A stretch of 56,516 nucleotides of DNA, counting the filler, from Basidioascus undulatus (taxonomy: Eukaryota), in assembly GCA_000826855.1 (NCBI GenBank). It is 4 parts of 4 records of this genome, joined end to end, with 100 filler letters (N's around TTAATTAATTAA, not from the genome) between each part and the next. Parts side by side here need not be neighbours in the genome. Positions count along the whole stretch, not along the records: positions 1 to 29,289 come from JTLS01000131.1; 3 more parts are not named here. One strand, written 5' to 3'. Position numbers and translations under genes: made by a program. A model generated the notes under the pieces. It was not told the DNA's origin. It saw nothing but the letters and a program-made list of their open reading frames with translations, and did not search any database. The stretch's first letter is position 1; the number at the start of each line of letters is the position of its first letter. Shown piece by piece: positions 12,901 to 28,170 of this stretch.

Positions 12901-14576
12901 AAGGCGCGCGAGGAGGCGCTGGGCAAGGTTGTGGAGCTGGAGACGGTCGTGCAGGAGATGGAGACAGTGCTGGAGGACATCAAGATGCAGGCCGGTGCGT
13001 CAACATTCCGCTTCTCCTTGTTTAACCCTTGAGGTCGAGCACTTACGAACCTATACCCTGTATGCAGACTCGCTCGAGAAGCTCGCGAACGAGCGTGACG
13101 CCGCGCTGGCGGCAGCCAACGCCCGCGTTTCGAGCGCCGAAGCGCACCTCGCCTCCGAGCGTGCCAAGACCGACGGGCAGGCGATCCGCCTCACCGAGAT
13201 GCAGGAGAAGCTCGAGCACGCCGAGCAGTCGGCGAACAAGCTCGAGAAGGACCTCGAGAATCTCAGCCGCAAGGAGGGCGAGCTGCAGGAGGAGATTCGG
13301 GGGCTGGAGACGGCGGGGAGGACGACGCGGGAAGCGCATGCGGCAGAGATGGAGGGTGTTGCGAGAGAGGACCTCCGGCAGCAGGTGAGCGAACTTGTTG
13401 AGAATCCGGACTGAGTTCGGGCGCTGAACCGTATTCGGTTGCGAACAGCTCGAGCAGGCTACGGCGGAGAGGGAGAAGTTGCGCAGCGAGCTCCAGCAGG
13501 AGGTTTGTCCTTCTATTTCAAACCTTGATCCCCTGCGTCTGCTAATCAGCGTCTTGGTGCTTTGCAGGAGTCCCGCCGCGGCGAGGCGGAGGAGGAAGCG
13601 AACCGTACGCGCTCGGTCAACGATGCCCGCATCAAGGCGCTCGAGGGCGAACTCGATTCGATGACGACCCGCCTGCACACGCTCGCGGGCGAGAAGTCCA
13701 ACGCCGAAGCTCGTGCCGCGGACGCTCAGCGCGCCCTCACCGAAGATCAGCAGCAGAGCAGAGCCGCGCTTGACGATGCGCTCGCGAGCGTCGAAGCCGC
13801 CAAGCAGGAGGCGGATGACATCCAGACAGCCAAGGCGACGCTCGAAGTCGAGGTCGCTCAGATGCGCGCGAACCTCGAGCAGACCGAAGACCGCCGTCTC
13901 GCCGCGCACAACGACAAGGTCCAGGAGATCCGCCGCTGGCACGAGCAGCAGGTCGCGGACATCGAAGCGACTCACGCGAGGGCGCTCGACCAGCTCCGGG
14001 CCGAGCACGACGATGTCCTCCGCGCGCAGCAGACCGAGAAACAGAAGCTCAGCTTGTCGGTCGATGGCCTCCGCGAGCGCCTGATCGAGAAGGAGGCTCT
14101 CATCGCCGAGCTGAATCTGTACGTTGTATGTCTCTCGCTCTCGGACGCGATGCTGAGCCGTCTCTGGGACTTATTAGCCGTAGCGCGGACCTCCTCAAGC
14201 AGACCGGCGAGGCCAAGACCGCGAACGCCGAGCTCGAGAGCGTCAACGACGAACTTGTCCAGACGATGCACACTGTCCAGCAGAAGCGCCGCGAGATGGA
14301 GGCGGACATGGACGAGATCCTGACCCGCTCGGTGCGTTTGGGTTCTGTTCTCCCCTCCCTCCGACGGTTCTGTCTTCCGTTCCTCGACTAATGCGAGCCC
14401 TTCCACTGCTGCAGCTCCAGCTCGCATCCCGCCATAAGCGCGTTTTCCCCGCTACGCCCGCGCACAACCCGAGCTCATCGTCCCCGATGCACGCGACGCC
14501 CTCACCTGCCGGACCGCTTGCATTCGACGCGGCCGACAGGCGCATCCCTCGCGACAGCGGGATCGCGTTCAATTGA
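9952..14576 (+). CDS. Large coiled-coil protein with N-terminal linker-histone-like winged-helix segment and basic NLS-like region
   Basis: In-frame splicing of 9952-9994, 10065-10142, 10346-10427 and 10497 onward, then long Glu/Ala/Gln-rich heptad exons (ORFs 10894, 11259, 11704, 12695, 13562); the last exon ends ...DSGIAFN* at 14576. Confidence 0.75.
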
Positions 14577-16406
14577 AGCCGTCGCGTGCTTCCCTTTCCC
14601 TTTTCTTTACATTATGCTTTTCTATTTGCTTTTCCTTAGTCCTTTCTCCCACCACGTGCTGATCTGCTCTGCTGTGCCTTGCGTTACGTCCCGTTCATGA
14701 TCCGAGTTTTCTTGATGCCCCGCCTTTTTGCCCTCATTTATCTTGATCCGAGTTCACCATTGCCTGCCGCCACGCATTGTCCACGTTCACGTGATGTTCT
14801 GCCTCCATCGTACACTGCTCTAGTCTATCATGTCCCATGTACCGCTTCGCATTCCACATAAAGTTGCGCAGCTCGTTTCGCAATGCACATGCAAAAGCTG
14901 CTCCGTTCATAAAGAATGGGTTCCCCTTCCTGTCGATTCACGCGTTTTGTTCATATTGCTTGCACGCTGGTGCGGACAGCTTGAGTGTTGTATCCTTCGG
15001 CTATGGCGTGGCAGCTTCTGGCATAGGCAGAGTATTGCCTGTTGAAAGTGCCTTGATTTTGAGTTTCTAGATGAGAACTACAGCTCCGTGACGAACGCGA
15101 CCTCGCACACCATGCAGGACGCCGCTTCTGGCGGAGAGCGGACACTGCCAGATGCTGTATGCTGTGTTGAAGGAGTCCCTCTGATCTTTACGCGCTTTGT
15201 TGCACCCATTTAGTTAAACTTCCCGGCTTTAGACCGCATCGTCCCCAACCGCGCGGATTGCCAGTTGGAGTTCAAGACCGGCCTTCCAAAGGACAGCCGA
15301 TTTTCGTGTAATGTCAGGCCTGACGCTCCTCACCGAGCTTTAACAGGCGGACGAGGCGCTCAGACTCCATAAGGCACTGCAAGGGCCCCTTGAAGTTGAT
15401 AATCGATCACAGGGTGAGAATCTCTTGGCTCTTTAATACCGAAGGAGGCGAAGCCGCCAGTTCACATGGGGCTGGATCGCTGCAGCGGCGGCGTTCGGGC
15501 TTGCCGTCGATGGCGATGGGAAATGGCCTACTCATTAAAGGGCCCCACAATCACAGAGGGTATTAGGTGGGTCTCCATTGGCCCGGTCTCTGTCCAAGGT
15601 TATGCTGCAGGATGGCAGCGCTCCCGCCTGCCCATATCCTCTGAACATCGCCACGCTGTCACGCTCCCATCCCGAGCGCACTGCATCTGAGCAGTATGAT
15701 TTCATGGGATAGACCCTTTACGCCCTTCCGTTAGACGGATACACAGGAGAAGGTAGTGTGGGGGCTCACAGAATGAAGCTCTGGAGGTCCTCTCCAAGGG
15801 GACACCGAACGCATGCAACAGGGAACTGTTTGAAGTATCCCTGCGCACTCGCTGGAGATGGTGTACAGTGATAAATGCTTTCGTATGGCTGTTCAATGTA
15901 AAAAAGGTGACGTCCTCTCGCACTTCCGGGAAGCATGCCGGTCATGAAGCAGGAACGGCTGTATCGAATCAGAGTGTGTCCGGCCGAGCTGATAGTGGGA
16001 AAGGCGAATGACTGCATGGGCATGAACCTTTGGTAAATTCTAAACTCCGGGAACAAGACAATCCAAGTGGGTCAAGAAAGAAAGCAGGCATCGCGCGGCA
16101 ACTGCCCATAACTACCCTTGAGCTACCTCTTATTTTCCCGCCACCGTCCTCATCGTCTCTTGCGTTCTGTCAGCACAACGCCCCTTGCGCCCATCGATAG
16201 CACACATACACACTCTTACCGCCACCCACTAATTTTTTGATTCTTGCTACTGTCAACATGGTTCTTGCTTCAAATGGCCACGGCATACTGGCCGCCTTTC
16301 TCGCCCCCGTCGGCGTTCTGATGAGCGTCTTGTGGATGATGTGAGTCTTCTCCGTGCCCACTTCACTCTACGGCTAATTCAGAGGAGTGTGGAGGTTTAG
16401 TGTGCA

Positions 16407-17120
16407 GTGGAACTGACAGAGCTATGGCGTTTCACTGACGCTCATCGAACCGCATCCCTCGCTCTCTTCTGCCATAGTCTCCACAAAGCTTACCGGGCCG
16501 CCGTCTGGGTGCTTATGACTCTGATCGACTGTCAGCCTCAACATGGTCGCAGGGCTGCTGCTGTGCGTGCAAATGCTTCAAACTCACTCCTGCTCCATAA
16601 CCTCCATACCGCTCTCCGCAATTTCCTACTGGTCACCCACAACGACCTCTTGGAAGCCCGGAAGAACATCATCTCCCGCTCGCTCACTTGGGGGCTCAAC
16701 AGTCGTGTGCGGCTCATCGTCTCTCCTTCTGCGCACGAGTTCCCTCGTGTCGGGGAGTCTGTGACAGGCCGTGTTCTCAGCTCGCACGGAGATGAGCTTC
16801 TGTACAGCATTGGGTGGGACTTGGATGCTCTCGCTCTCGCCAAGGCCGGCCAGCCTGGAATGCGTCTTGATCGATGACCTGCTTACCGACATAACCAACA
16901 TGCGCACCTACGCTGAGGCGCCTTGCTTTCTCGCAATCAAGCTCACGCAACTTTCGATGTCTTGACGGTGCTTTACGAGGAACTTGCAAGCCCGACACTT
17001 ACTCTTGCAGCCAGAGGTGCAGCTCTTGACCGCCTGCTCGCCATGGTCGCGGAACTCAGCGGTTTGCGGGAAGGATCGAGCGTCTTTCCATGTGGAAAAA
17101 CAGGGACGAGAAGGTCGTAA
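16407..17120 (+). pseudogene. Possible degraded F-box-like gene remnant
   Basis: Segment ELWRF...TASLALFCHSLHKAYRAAVW resembles the F-box helix plus LAxLCxxxxxLxxxAxxxLW tail; broken reading frames follow. Weak. Confidence 0.22.
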
Positions 17121-18032
17121 TAAACTTTGAGCCTGTCCGTGCGGCGATGGCGACGATCCACGTTTGAACGTGTGGTGCTTGGTGGTGTTCGAGGGCATGG
17201 TGCAATGTCAGTATGCAAGTTAGAAAGGTTTACATGTACGTATTCGGTGATTGTGCTGTGGCTGCCGTGTATGTAGGTGGTATGCATGCGTTTGGCATTA
17301 CCCGTTTGCGCCGGCCCTATTTTTCTTCGGCTCAAAGTACGCCTCCGGACGGCCTGAATTCTGCTGCTGTTCAGGATCTCAGGAATAAGAGGTGCAGCGA
17401 GACTGTTGGTTGCGATGTGTAGCGTTGTTGCTCAACATGCAGCAGAGTTGATTCCATAGTCCATGCCAAACCTCAGAGCCTCTTGAAGATCTTCCATAAA
17501 ATGCCGAGCCTTAGGTGTTCAATAGTGTTTTAACAATACTGTAAGACAGAGAATGTGAGCTGTTTGCACCCGTTTCGTCCCAGAAGGGGCACGCCCGTAA
17601 ACCTTTGCCTGGACAACGTGGTCCAAATGACGAGCAAAGCTCCCATCGAGCATCACTTTTGATGAGTAACTTTTGAGGATGCTGTAGGTGTCCTTTGCTC
17701 TTGGTATTTTTGCGGTCAAGGAGAGGGTGACAAAAGCACACGAAGGCTTTTAAACTTTTAGCGAGTGCGAACTTATTGATTGATACTGCGGAGCGAGACA
17801 TGCGATCGTGAAACGACTAGACGGAAAACACGTAAAACAGCGTCGGGCGCGGGACGCAAAAAGTGAGCGTGTCAGAAAATGAAACGAAATGGGTGTAGTA
17901 GAAAGGGGAACGTGCCGCGAGCGAAAGATAGAGAAATGTAGGTAAAAAGCATAAGCAAATGAATAAGCCCACCACCAAGTGATGTCCAAGAAACATCCAT
18001 CGAAAAGCCCCTCTCCGTCAAAATTCTGTTTC

Positions 18033-18191
<159 letters not shown>

Positions 18192-20153
18192 TCAATTCGT
18201 GTCATAGAAACCGGGGGGGAGGATGGAGGGGAACTCTGGGGACCGGTGCGGAGATTACAGATCCGCCGGGATGCCCTAGCGCCTGACTTGGAAGTACTAC
18301 AAGTCACATACAGACCACACCTGCGAGACAGGTAATTTTACCCATAATTCACATTCTCAGTATCTGTCATCTTCCCTTACGGCAGCCAAGGCAACGCGCT
18401 CAGCGCCAACGTCTCTGAAACCTCTGGAGCATTCCTGGTTCCAGTCTGTTCACCACGGCTGGGTGTAGCTGTGTTCCGAGGCCTGCGATAAATCAAAGAC
18501 AGCAAAAAAATGTGGGTAAGAAACAGAGCGCATGCATACACAGCATTCAGCTTCTCGGAATGGGTCTGAAATCTTGCGATTTCTTCCGGCTGCAACTGCA
18601 GAACCTTCTCAAGGGCTCGGGCTCGGGCTCTAGGCGGAGGTTATTCCATTGAAATAACTGTAAATAGTCCGGACATTGGGGACTTCGTGTAGCTCTATGA
18701 CCGTCCAGGAAGCATCACAACGCTTCAACGGCGAAGGCCCTTCAGTGCCCCCCGAGGAGGTTCTCGAAAGAACGACACCAGATTTAAGGTACGAATCAGC
18801 GTCACCTTGAGGCTGTCTACCTGAATCATGCCCCGTATACCTCGAGTCTTGAAAGCTACGTATACATGAAACGGAACGAAGGCGCGATCTACGATTCAGA
18901 CGGCATCTGCAACGGCCTCCTCACCATATCCCAAGCAATGTGATTATTTTGTTAGCTGCGCAGTCCGGATTTGAGAACCTCGACTCCACGACTTGCTTGA
19001 GGTGTTGGCGTGCGACACACTGGTTTGCGGGTCTGCTGTAGCAACACCGCGTCATGCAAAGTGGATTGATGGTATGTAGCTGATCTTGCCGAAAGCTCTC
19101 TGGAAGTCTTGAAGCTTGCAGGTTACATTATCGCCGATGTCGCGTGGGATGTCAGAGCGACCGTTTGACATCACTGAGCGATGACCTGAAGCTGCCGGTG
19201 AACTTGCCAGCTGTGGTATCCTCGACATCGAACCCCTTTCCCTAGATCATAAGGGGTATGTGCGAGAAACCATACTTTCGGTGCTGCTGAAGGTGGATGG
19301 AGCAAGATGGAGAGATAAGACGCCTTGATACGCTGCTGAAACGGTGCGTCCGCGCTGGCCCCTCGTTCGATTCCTCCTCCATTGCTGATTTTCGAGTGGT
19401 CGTGCCCATCCTCCATGGCTTAAGCACTGCTTTCTTATTGGCAAGCCTGACCGCAATATGAGATGTTCAGCGGCAAATAGTTTCTGCTCCTCACACCTCG
19501 GTAAACGTTGAGTGAACGCGGGCTTGATACGAGGCTGTGAAAACCCAGCGAATAAAAGTAAACCAGACCAGCGTAAAAGGTACGAATCCTAGCGAAACCG
19601 TGTGAAATTGGGTCGCGTTTGGGCAAGCAGCGCTGATACCCCGCACGCGCGCGCTCCTGTGTTGCTCAATAAGACACAGCCTCTGCCCCTTCTCTTGTTC
19701 CGCCACCTCAGACACGTCCCGACCGCATACATCGCTGTGAGTATACATTTTCATTCAGATTCCTGCCCTTTCCATCGCCATGGCGTGCACAGCCTGCCGT
19801 CCGCGGGCGAGGGAAGGTTCAGGCTCCCGGTCCCGCCAGGCACTGACTACAAGATCGACCGCTCCTGCCCCTCCTCTCTTCCCCCCTCTTACCTCTCTTC
19901 CCTGACTGTCCACCTTCACCGCCGCGCAAACCGCTCCTCTGCACATTTATTACGCCCCGCACTCGCATCTGTACTCTCCGTCCGCAATCGCAGCATATTC
20001 CCCAGCCCTCTTCTTGTCCGTCTCCCCTCTGTTGTTCTTCGTCTTCTTGACTGGCCAGCTCACGCACACACCCATACCCGGACCGATACAGCATTTTTAA
20101 GGACCCTTATCTTTCTTTCGTTTCTTTATCTTCCCGCTTGAGACAATACCACA

Positions 20154-23073
<2,920 letters not shown>

Positions 23074-23852
23074 GGGAATATAGACGATGAGTTAAGCTGA
23101 GGCTGGGCAGGCCTGGGGCGGGACGGTCGGCTTCCATTCGCTCGAGGGACAAGGACATTTCTTCTATTGGTTAGCTTTTCGTTTGTCCGTTCGTTGTCTC
23201 GTTTCACGATCACGATCATTTTGCGACTCCGTGAACGTGTGTGTGGAAATGAGAACGAGGGTTTGATGCGTGCACAGCAGACGACTGCCGGACGGCGTCC
23301 GAGCGTTCGTCATGAAGGCGTACTGCTGGGATTTACTGCGCTAGCGACGAGGGCTGTCCGTCGCACGGCCGGCCTTAAACTAGGCTAACAAATCGACATC
23401 TGCGAGAGATGCAGTCTGCAGCAAGAAACTTTGGTCGCAATGCCCCTACGAGGGCGCGAACTTGGCGCGAACGCGGGCCGGCATTGATACTAACGGCGAG
23501 TTGACGAGTCGGAGCGACACTGAAAAGGTCAGTACACAATTCTCCTCCCAGAGCCGAAGGACGTCTATTCAAGTGGATAACGAGGCGAAAGTCACAAAGC
23601 GCGCGGAACAGACAGGGGCACACGAACTCGAGGTTGGGTGGCATCGTCAATGCCAGCTGGGAGCCATGGAGCTTGATGGAGCGCATGATCGATTTTTGAT
23701 GAGATTGAAATTGAATCGAGTTGGTCGAGTGGTTTCCGCGAGGGAGCCAGGTGGCGAATGTCAGTAGGACGATTTGCAAAAGTGCACTACAAGACCACTT
23801 CCGCCCAGCGCAAGGTAAGCTGGACGTAGAGCGGTGCCTGTATCCCCCATAG

Positions 23853-24552
23853 CTACTCATCCCCAGCGGCAGTACCCATCCTCCGCCTCTTCCGCTTAAC
23901 CGCCTCCCGGTGTCTCCGTTTGTACTCCCTCGTTAACCCGCCCTTCACCTCATCCCACCGCTTCTGCGTCTCCTCCCTGCGTTCCACACCCACCTCAGGT
24001 CAACATCTGCCACTCACGGGAACCCTGAAAGGGAAGGAGAGGAGGATGCACTCATTCTCATCCCGGCAAAACACCTTCCACCCCTCCCCGCGCTCCTCCA
24101 ACCAGCTCCTCGGCTCGTGATACCGCGTCTTCGGCGCGTCGGGCGGGAGGTAAAGGAACGGGAGCAAGTAGAAGTTATCGGACGACTGCGGGACGAGCTT
24201 TCCGCCTGCGGCTGGAGGGAGGATGGCCGGTGCGGCGGGCAGAGGCTCGGAGAACGCGGCGGGGACGGCGGAAGGGATGGGCGGCTCGGGTTCCGGAGAG
24301 GGCGTGCGCAGGTCGAGGTCCAGGTCCGCTCCGCCCAAAGAAGAGAACAGGGAGAATCCTCCGCCTTCTGTCGGGTCGAAATGGATTGAGAGTCTCATCG
24401 CGTGAGGAAGACGAGAATCACGCACCTTCGTCTTCCTGCGGCGCAAACATGTCCTTCAAGTTCGGCTTGGTCGCCGCAGCGGGTGCAGCGCCGTCTGAGG
24501 TGGACGGCCCCGGCTTGGGTGAGGACTGGCGGGGTTTAGGTGTCTTGGGCAT
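23853..24552 (-). CDS. Small 3-exon protein resembling the C-terminal region of nucleolar NOL8/Nop8-like proteins
   Basis: ATG at 24552 with two canonical introns gives MPKTPKP...LKDMFAPQEDE|EGGGFSLFSSLGGADLDLDL...FCRDENE|EETQKRWDEVKGGLTREYKRRHREAVKRKRRR...*; TAG at 23853-23855. Family assignment is from memory of the motif. Confidence 0.62.
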
Positions 24553-24962
24553 GCTGTAAAGACCTAAAGAGTCGCGGGGGTGTTGGAAGAGGTGAAAGAA
24601 GAAGACCAAGGACCGAAGCAGTTTGGAGGCACAAATTGCATCCGAAGTTCCCACGCTGCTGTCCCAGCTGTCATTGTCAGGCTCTCCGACGGCTGTACAA
24701 ACGCGTGGAGCATGCGCATTGCCGTCAGAAAATTTAGAAACTTTGAAAAAATGCATCTGAAGGCTGTAAAAGGTCGAAGGGGCAATGGAGGCTGTCGAGG
24801 AGTAGGATTTGAGTATGTGTGAACGATGGAAGCGGAAACAAGCGGAAACAGCGTAATCTTCTTCCCTCTTGCTCCACTACCACAACCTCCATCGCACGTC
24901 TCGCTCCAGTTGCTCACTATCAGAATTTCGAAGCTCATCGATCAATATTTCGAAGTTCGGAC

Positions 24963-25701
24963 ATGCCGACTCAGGCAAGCGATCTCCGCGTCCACGGTGG
25001 ACCGTCCACACTTACGGGTCAAGCGCGAGTCGGGCGTGAGCGTCAAGAAGGAGAAGGAGGTCATCGACCTCACCGCCGAGCCGGAGGGGGAGGCGGAGGC
25101 GGGTCCGAGTAGGGTTATCGGCCCGCTTGATCAGCCTTCGTCGAGTTCATCTTCCAATACCGCTCCAAAGGTGTGTACCGTTGCGCATCGTCAGCGGTAG
25201 TCGATCCCGACCCGCTGACAGGTTTCTCATCAGCATTGCTGCAGGCCGAGGGCCATCTCCCAGCGGGTTCGCTGAAACGATCCCCCTTATCATGCCGAAG
25301 GCGTCTCTGAAGCAATTGCATTCACTACAGACGCTCCCTCATCCGCCTCTCGTGCGAGCGACATCTCGCCTGCCCGCAGAACCTGAGGCAACGCCGCGTT
25401 CGGCTTGAGGTATGTAGGCCAGTCTGCCTCATATTCAGGTCGTACGAGTGACTGAGTTCAGGTATCCCGACCCTATAGGCTGAACTCGCTGCGCTTGACG
25501 AGGAGGAGTCGCAGGACCTGAAGCGCGCCATCTGTCACAGTCGAGGGCCAGAGGAGCAGGAAGAGGGTTAAGCGCAAGGAAGCGGATGTCAAGAATGAGA
25601 TTATAGACCTTACCGCGGAGGATGGGGAGGCAGAGGCGGGGCGCAGCTTGAGCAGGACCATCTCAAACGAGCCGATCGACTTGACATTGAGCGATGACTG
25701 A
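24963..25701 (+). pseudogene. Broken gene fragment with three (V/I/P)IDLT SIM-like motifs
   Basis: VKKEKEVIDLTAEPEGEAEAG (~25040-25105) and VKNEIIDLTAEDGEAEAG...EPIDLTLSDD* (to 25701); the last exon needs a frameshift. Confidence 0.35.
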
Positions 25702-25958
25702 GGGGTAGATTTGATGAATACTTTCGCTAGAAGACTGCACATGAAGGGTTTCCGTGCACACAGTACGCGACTTGCTCGTGTGCAGACGAGGAGCCGCTGA
25801 CAGTGCTCAGAAACAGCACATGGACGCGCAAGCACCGTATCGATGTAACCACACCGCCCTCGATTTCATCAAGTCACTGCCCAAATTTCTTCAAACCGTG
25901 CCTGCCCTTTCACTGACCGCACCGCCCGACTTCCCAATAAAAACGAACCAGCCCCCAC

Positions 25959-26375
25959 CTACTGCTTCTCGGGAGCCACCGGTTGCACGACGTCGTGCAC
26001 GTCGTGCGCGCGCACCGCGGGCGGCTGGCGACTCCCAAGGCTAGAGGCACGGTTCCGAGTGCGCCGGCGGTCGTAGGCGCTGTATCCCAGAGAGACGAGC
26101 GGGAGGAGCACCGTGAGGACGAAGAAGGCAAAGAGCGTCGAGAGGATCACTGCGTTGATAACTGGTGGGTAAGTCAATAGCCGTGGGAGGGGATGAAAGG
26201 AATGTGGTCGAGGGGGGATTTGGGGGATCTGGTAGGTGCCTTTATTTGGAAGAGGTGGAAAGGACTAACGCGGTCCGGCGTCCACCCACGCCCGTGGAGG
26301 GGCCTTGCGGCAGAGATACACCTCGTCGTAGATCGTCTCGCCCTTCGGTAGGACATGGACGTGTGCCGCTTCACT
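25959..26375 (-). CDS. 3' exons of a probable single-pass membrane protein (5' end unresolved, possibly a relic)
   Basis: Spliced EAAHVHVLPKGETIYDEVYLCRKAPPRAWVDAGP|LINAVILSTLFAFFVLTVLLPLVSLGYSAYDRRR...* with a GT-AG intron and a hydrophobic stretch followed by basic residues. Confidence 0.3.
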
Positions 26376-26985
26376 GTTTGAAGAAGGTTCTTCTTAGTAC
26401 CTTTATTCCATGGAACGGACGTCCACCAGGCAGGAAGCGCTCCCAGTAAACATCAGTGGCGGCACAGCGCCAAGTTGGGGAGGTAGTGTATCCCCCTAAT
26501 CACGGAGTACAGACAGCTGAGCACAGAATTTGCTGGTGCTTTCCTGGCATCCAACACATAGGAACCCCCTACACAATACGGGAAAGACTCACACAGGGTG
26601 GCACAGTACACGCTCGTACTCGTAGTCCGCGACTGCGGGTTGCGGATCCATGGCGCCCATTTCTCGACAGCTTTGCTTTGGTGGGATGAGTTGAGCAGCA
26701 GTAGGTTACGAAAAATAACGGATGTTGAATGCGCAGAGAGCTCGATAGTCGTTGGCCAGACGATAGGCGACATACGATCTGCGCTCCAGGGGGGAAAGTA
26801 GGGTTTGAAGGGTGAGCAACGTGTGCGGACATGTATTGCTGTGGAAAGCAACGGAAAGTTTGCATCATGGAGTGAATTTGGTGATAAACACGCCGTGGAC
26901 GTGAACAGCGCATTCCCAGCGGCATCTTCATTAGAATCCCAGCCGAGCGTTGTGCAGATGCATTGCTTGAAAGCACCCAAGAAAT

Positions 26986-28170
26986 TGTCAACTATGCCAG
27001 CCTAGTCGAATGTGAGTTTCTCAGTCAATGCTATTCAAAGGGTCCGTCTTAGAGTCAATTTCTATTCAAAGTGTACTGCTTACATTCGATGTGGTCAATA
27101 TGGCGGGCGCCCAGTCAATCTATTCAATGCTGCAGCTTGAGTGTCAACTGTAGTCAATGTAACCCAGCTGCAGTCAATGTCTGGTCATATCAATGATCTA
27201 GTAGTCAAAATAGTCAAAGCGATGTAAATAAACATGAAATACGACAGCCAAAAGGATCCATGTGCGCGGACACAGTCTTCAAGCTGGGCATGGCTGACAG
27301 GACGGTGGGCAGTCTCCCACTGATATTCTGACTGCATCAACTAAATGCTATACTGACTGGCTCTTAAGTATTTAATACATCCCAATATTATTAGTGAGGT
27401 TTGATGTTTCCTGTTTGTAGCAAGACCTCGTTACACGGAAAAGTGGCTTACTCTAATGTCTTCAATGTGTCATTCCTCCTCAATCCCCTTGCGCTTAGAT
27501 CAAAGTTTGATATCATCAATGAAGCAAAAATTAGCAAAGAAGTGGCTCTAGCTAAAGAGTGGTTCGTGATGGGAATCCCATAATAAAGCATGCCACTCAT
27601 GCATATCTTTATTGTATGCTCTCAAATAATATGTTAGCTTTACCTTGGAAGGTTTCAACGCCAACAGTGTCCCCAAATGCGCTGAAGCGAATCTTAGATT
27701 GTGTAACTGCTGTGCGGCCAGCAGGTTTCCTTGAGTAAGTGGGTAGTGAGTCTGACTTGTGAAGTTTAAGTCCATGTAAGTAGCGCAGGTTTAAATCACA
27801 ACAAATGCAGGCCATCCATTTGTGGAAGGCCTTGAGTGATGACCACGTCTGAAAGACGGTTGAGGTCGCCCTGAACCCTTGCAAATTGAAAGCATGACAT
27901 GGGCTTTCCTTTTGGACCTTAATTCTGTTGTTTGGCTATATTGACTACAAACCCCGGCTTGAGTCTGCGCTTTGACCAAGTATTGACCAGACATTGGCTG
28001 ATAGACATGCTGTTTGACTATGTGTTGACCAGACCACCGCTGCGTTTGACTAAGATTGACTTAAGTACGTATATTTCACTATGCTGGTCAATTGAACTTT
28101 TCACAGTTAACTGATAAATATTGACCAAGCATAGTCAGATGATTCTGGTCTTTCATGACACAGTTTGACT
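26986..28170. mobile_element. Putative decayed/non-autonomous DNA transposon with inverted subterminal motif arrays
   Basis: AT-richer, CpG-poor island; 10 GTCAA copies in 26986-27217 and 9 TTGAC copies in 27941-28169 in opposite orientation. No clear TIR, TSD or transposase seen. Confidence 0.45.

Noticed and set aside
15700..16365. Possible BTB/POZ remnant on the minus strand (VGTEKTHIIHKTLI)
   Set aside because: Only one short motif with broken frames; not enough to call.
26986..28170. CRISPR-like array
   Set aside because: Repeats are only 5-6 nt with ~10-bp periodicity in a eukaryotic genome; no repeat-spacer units or cas genes.
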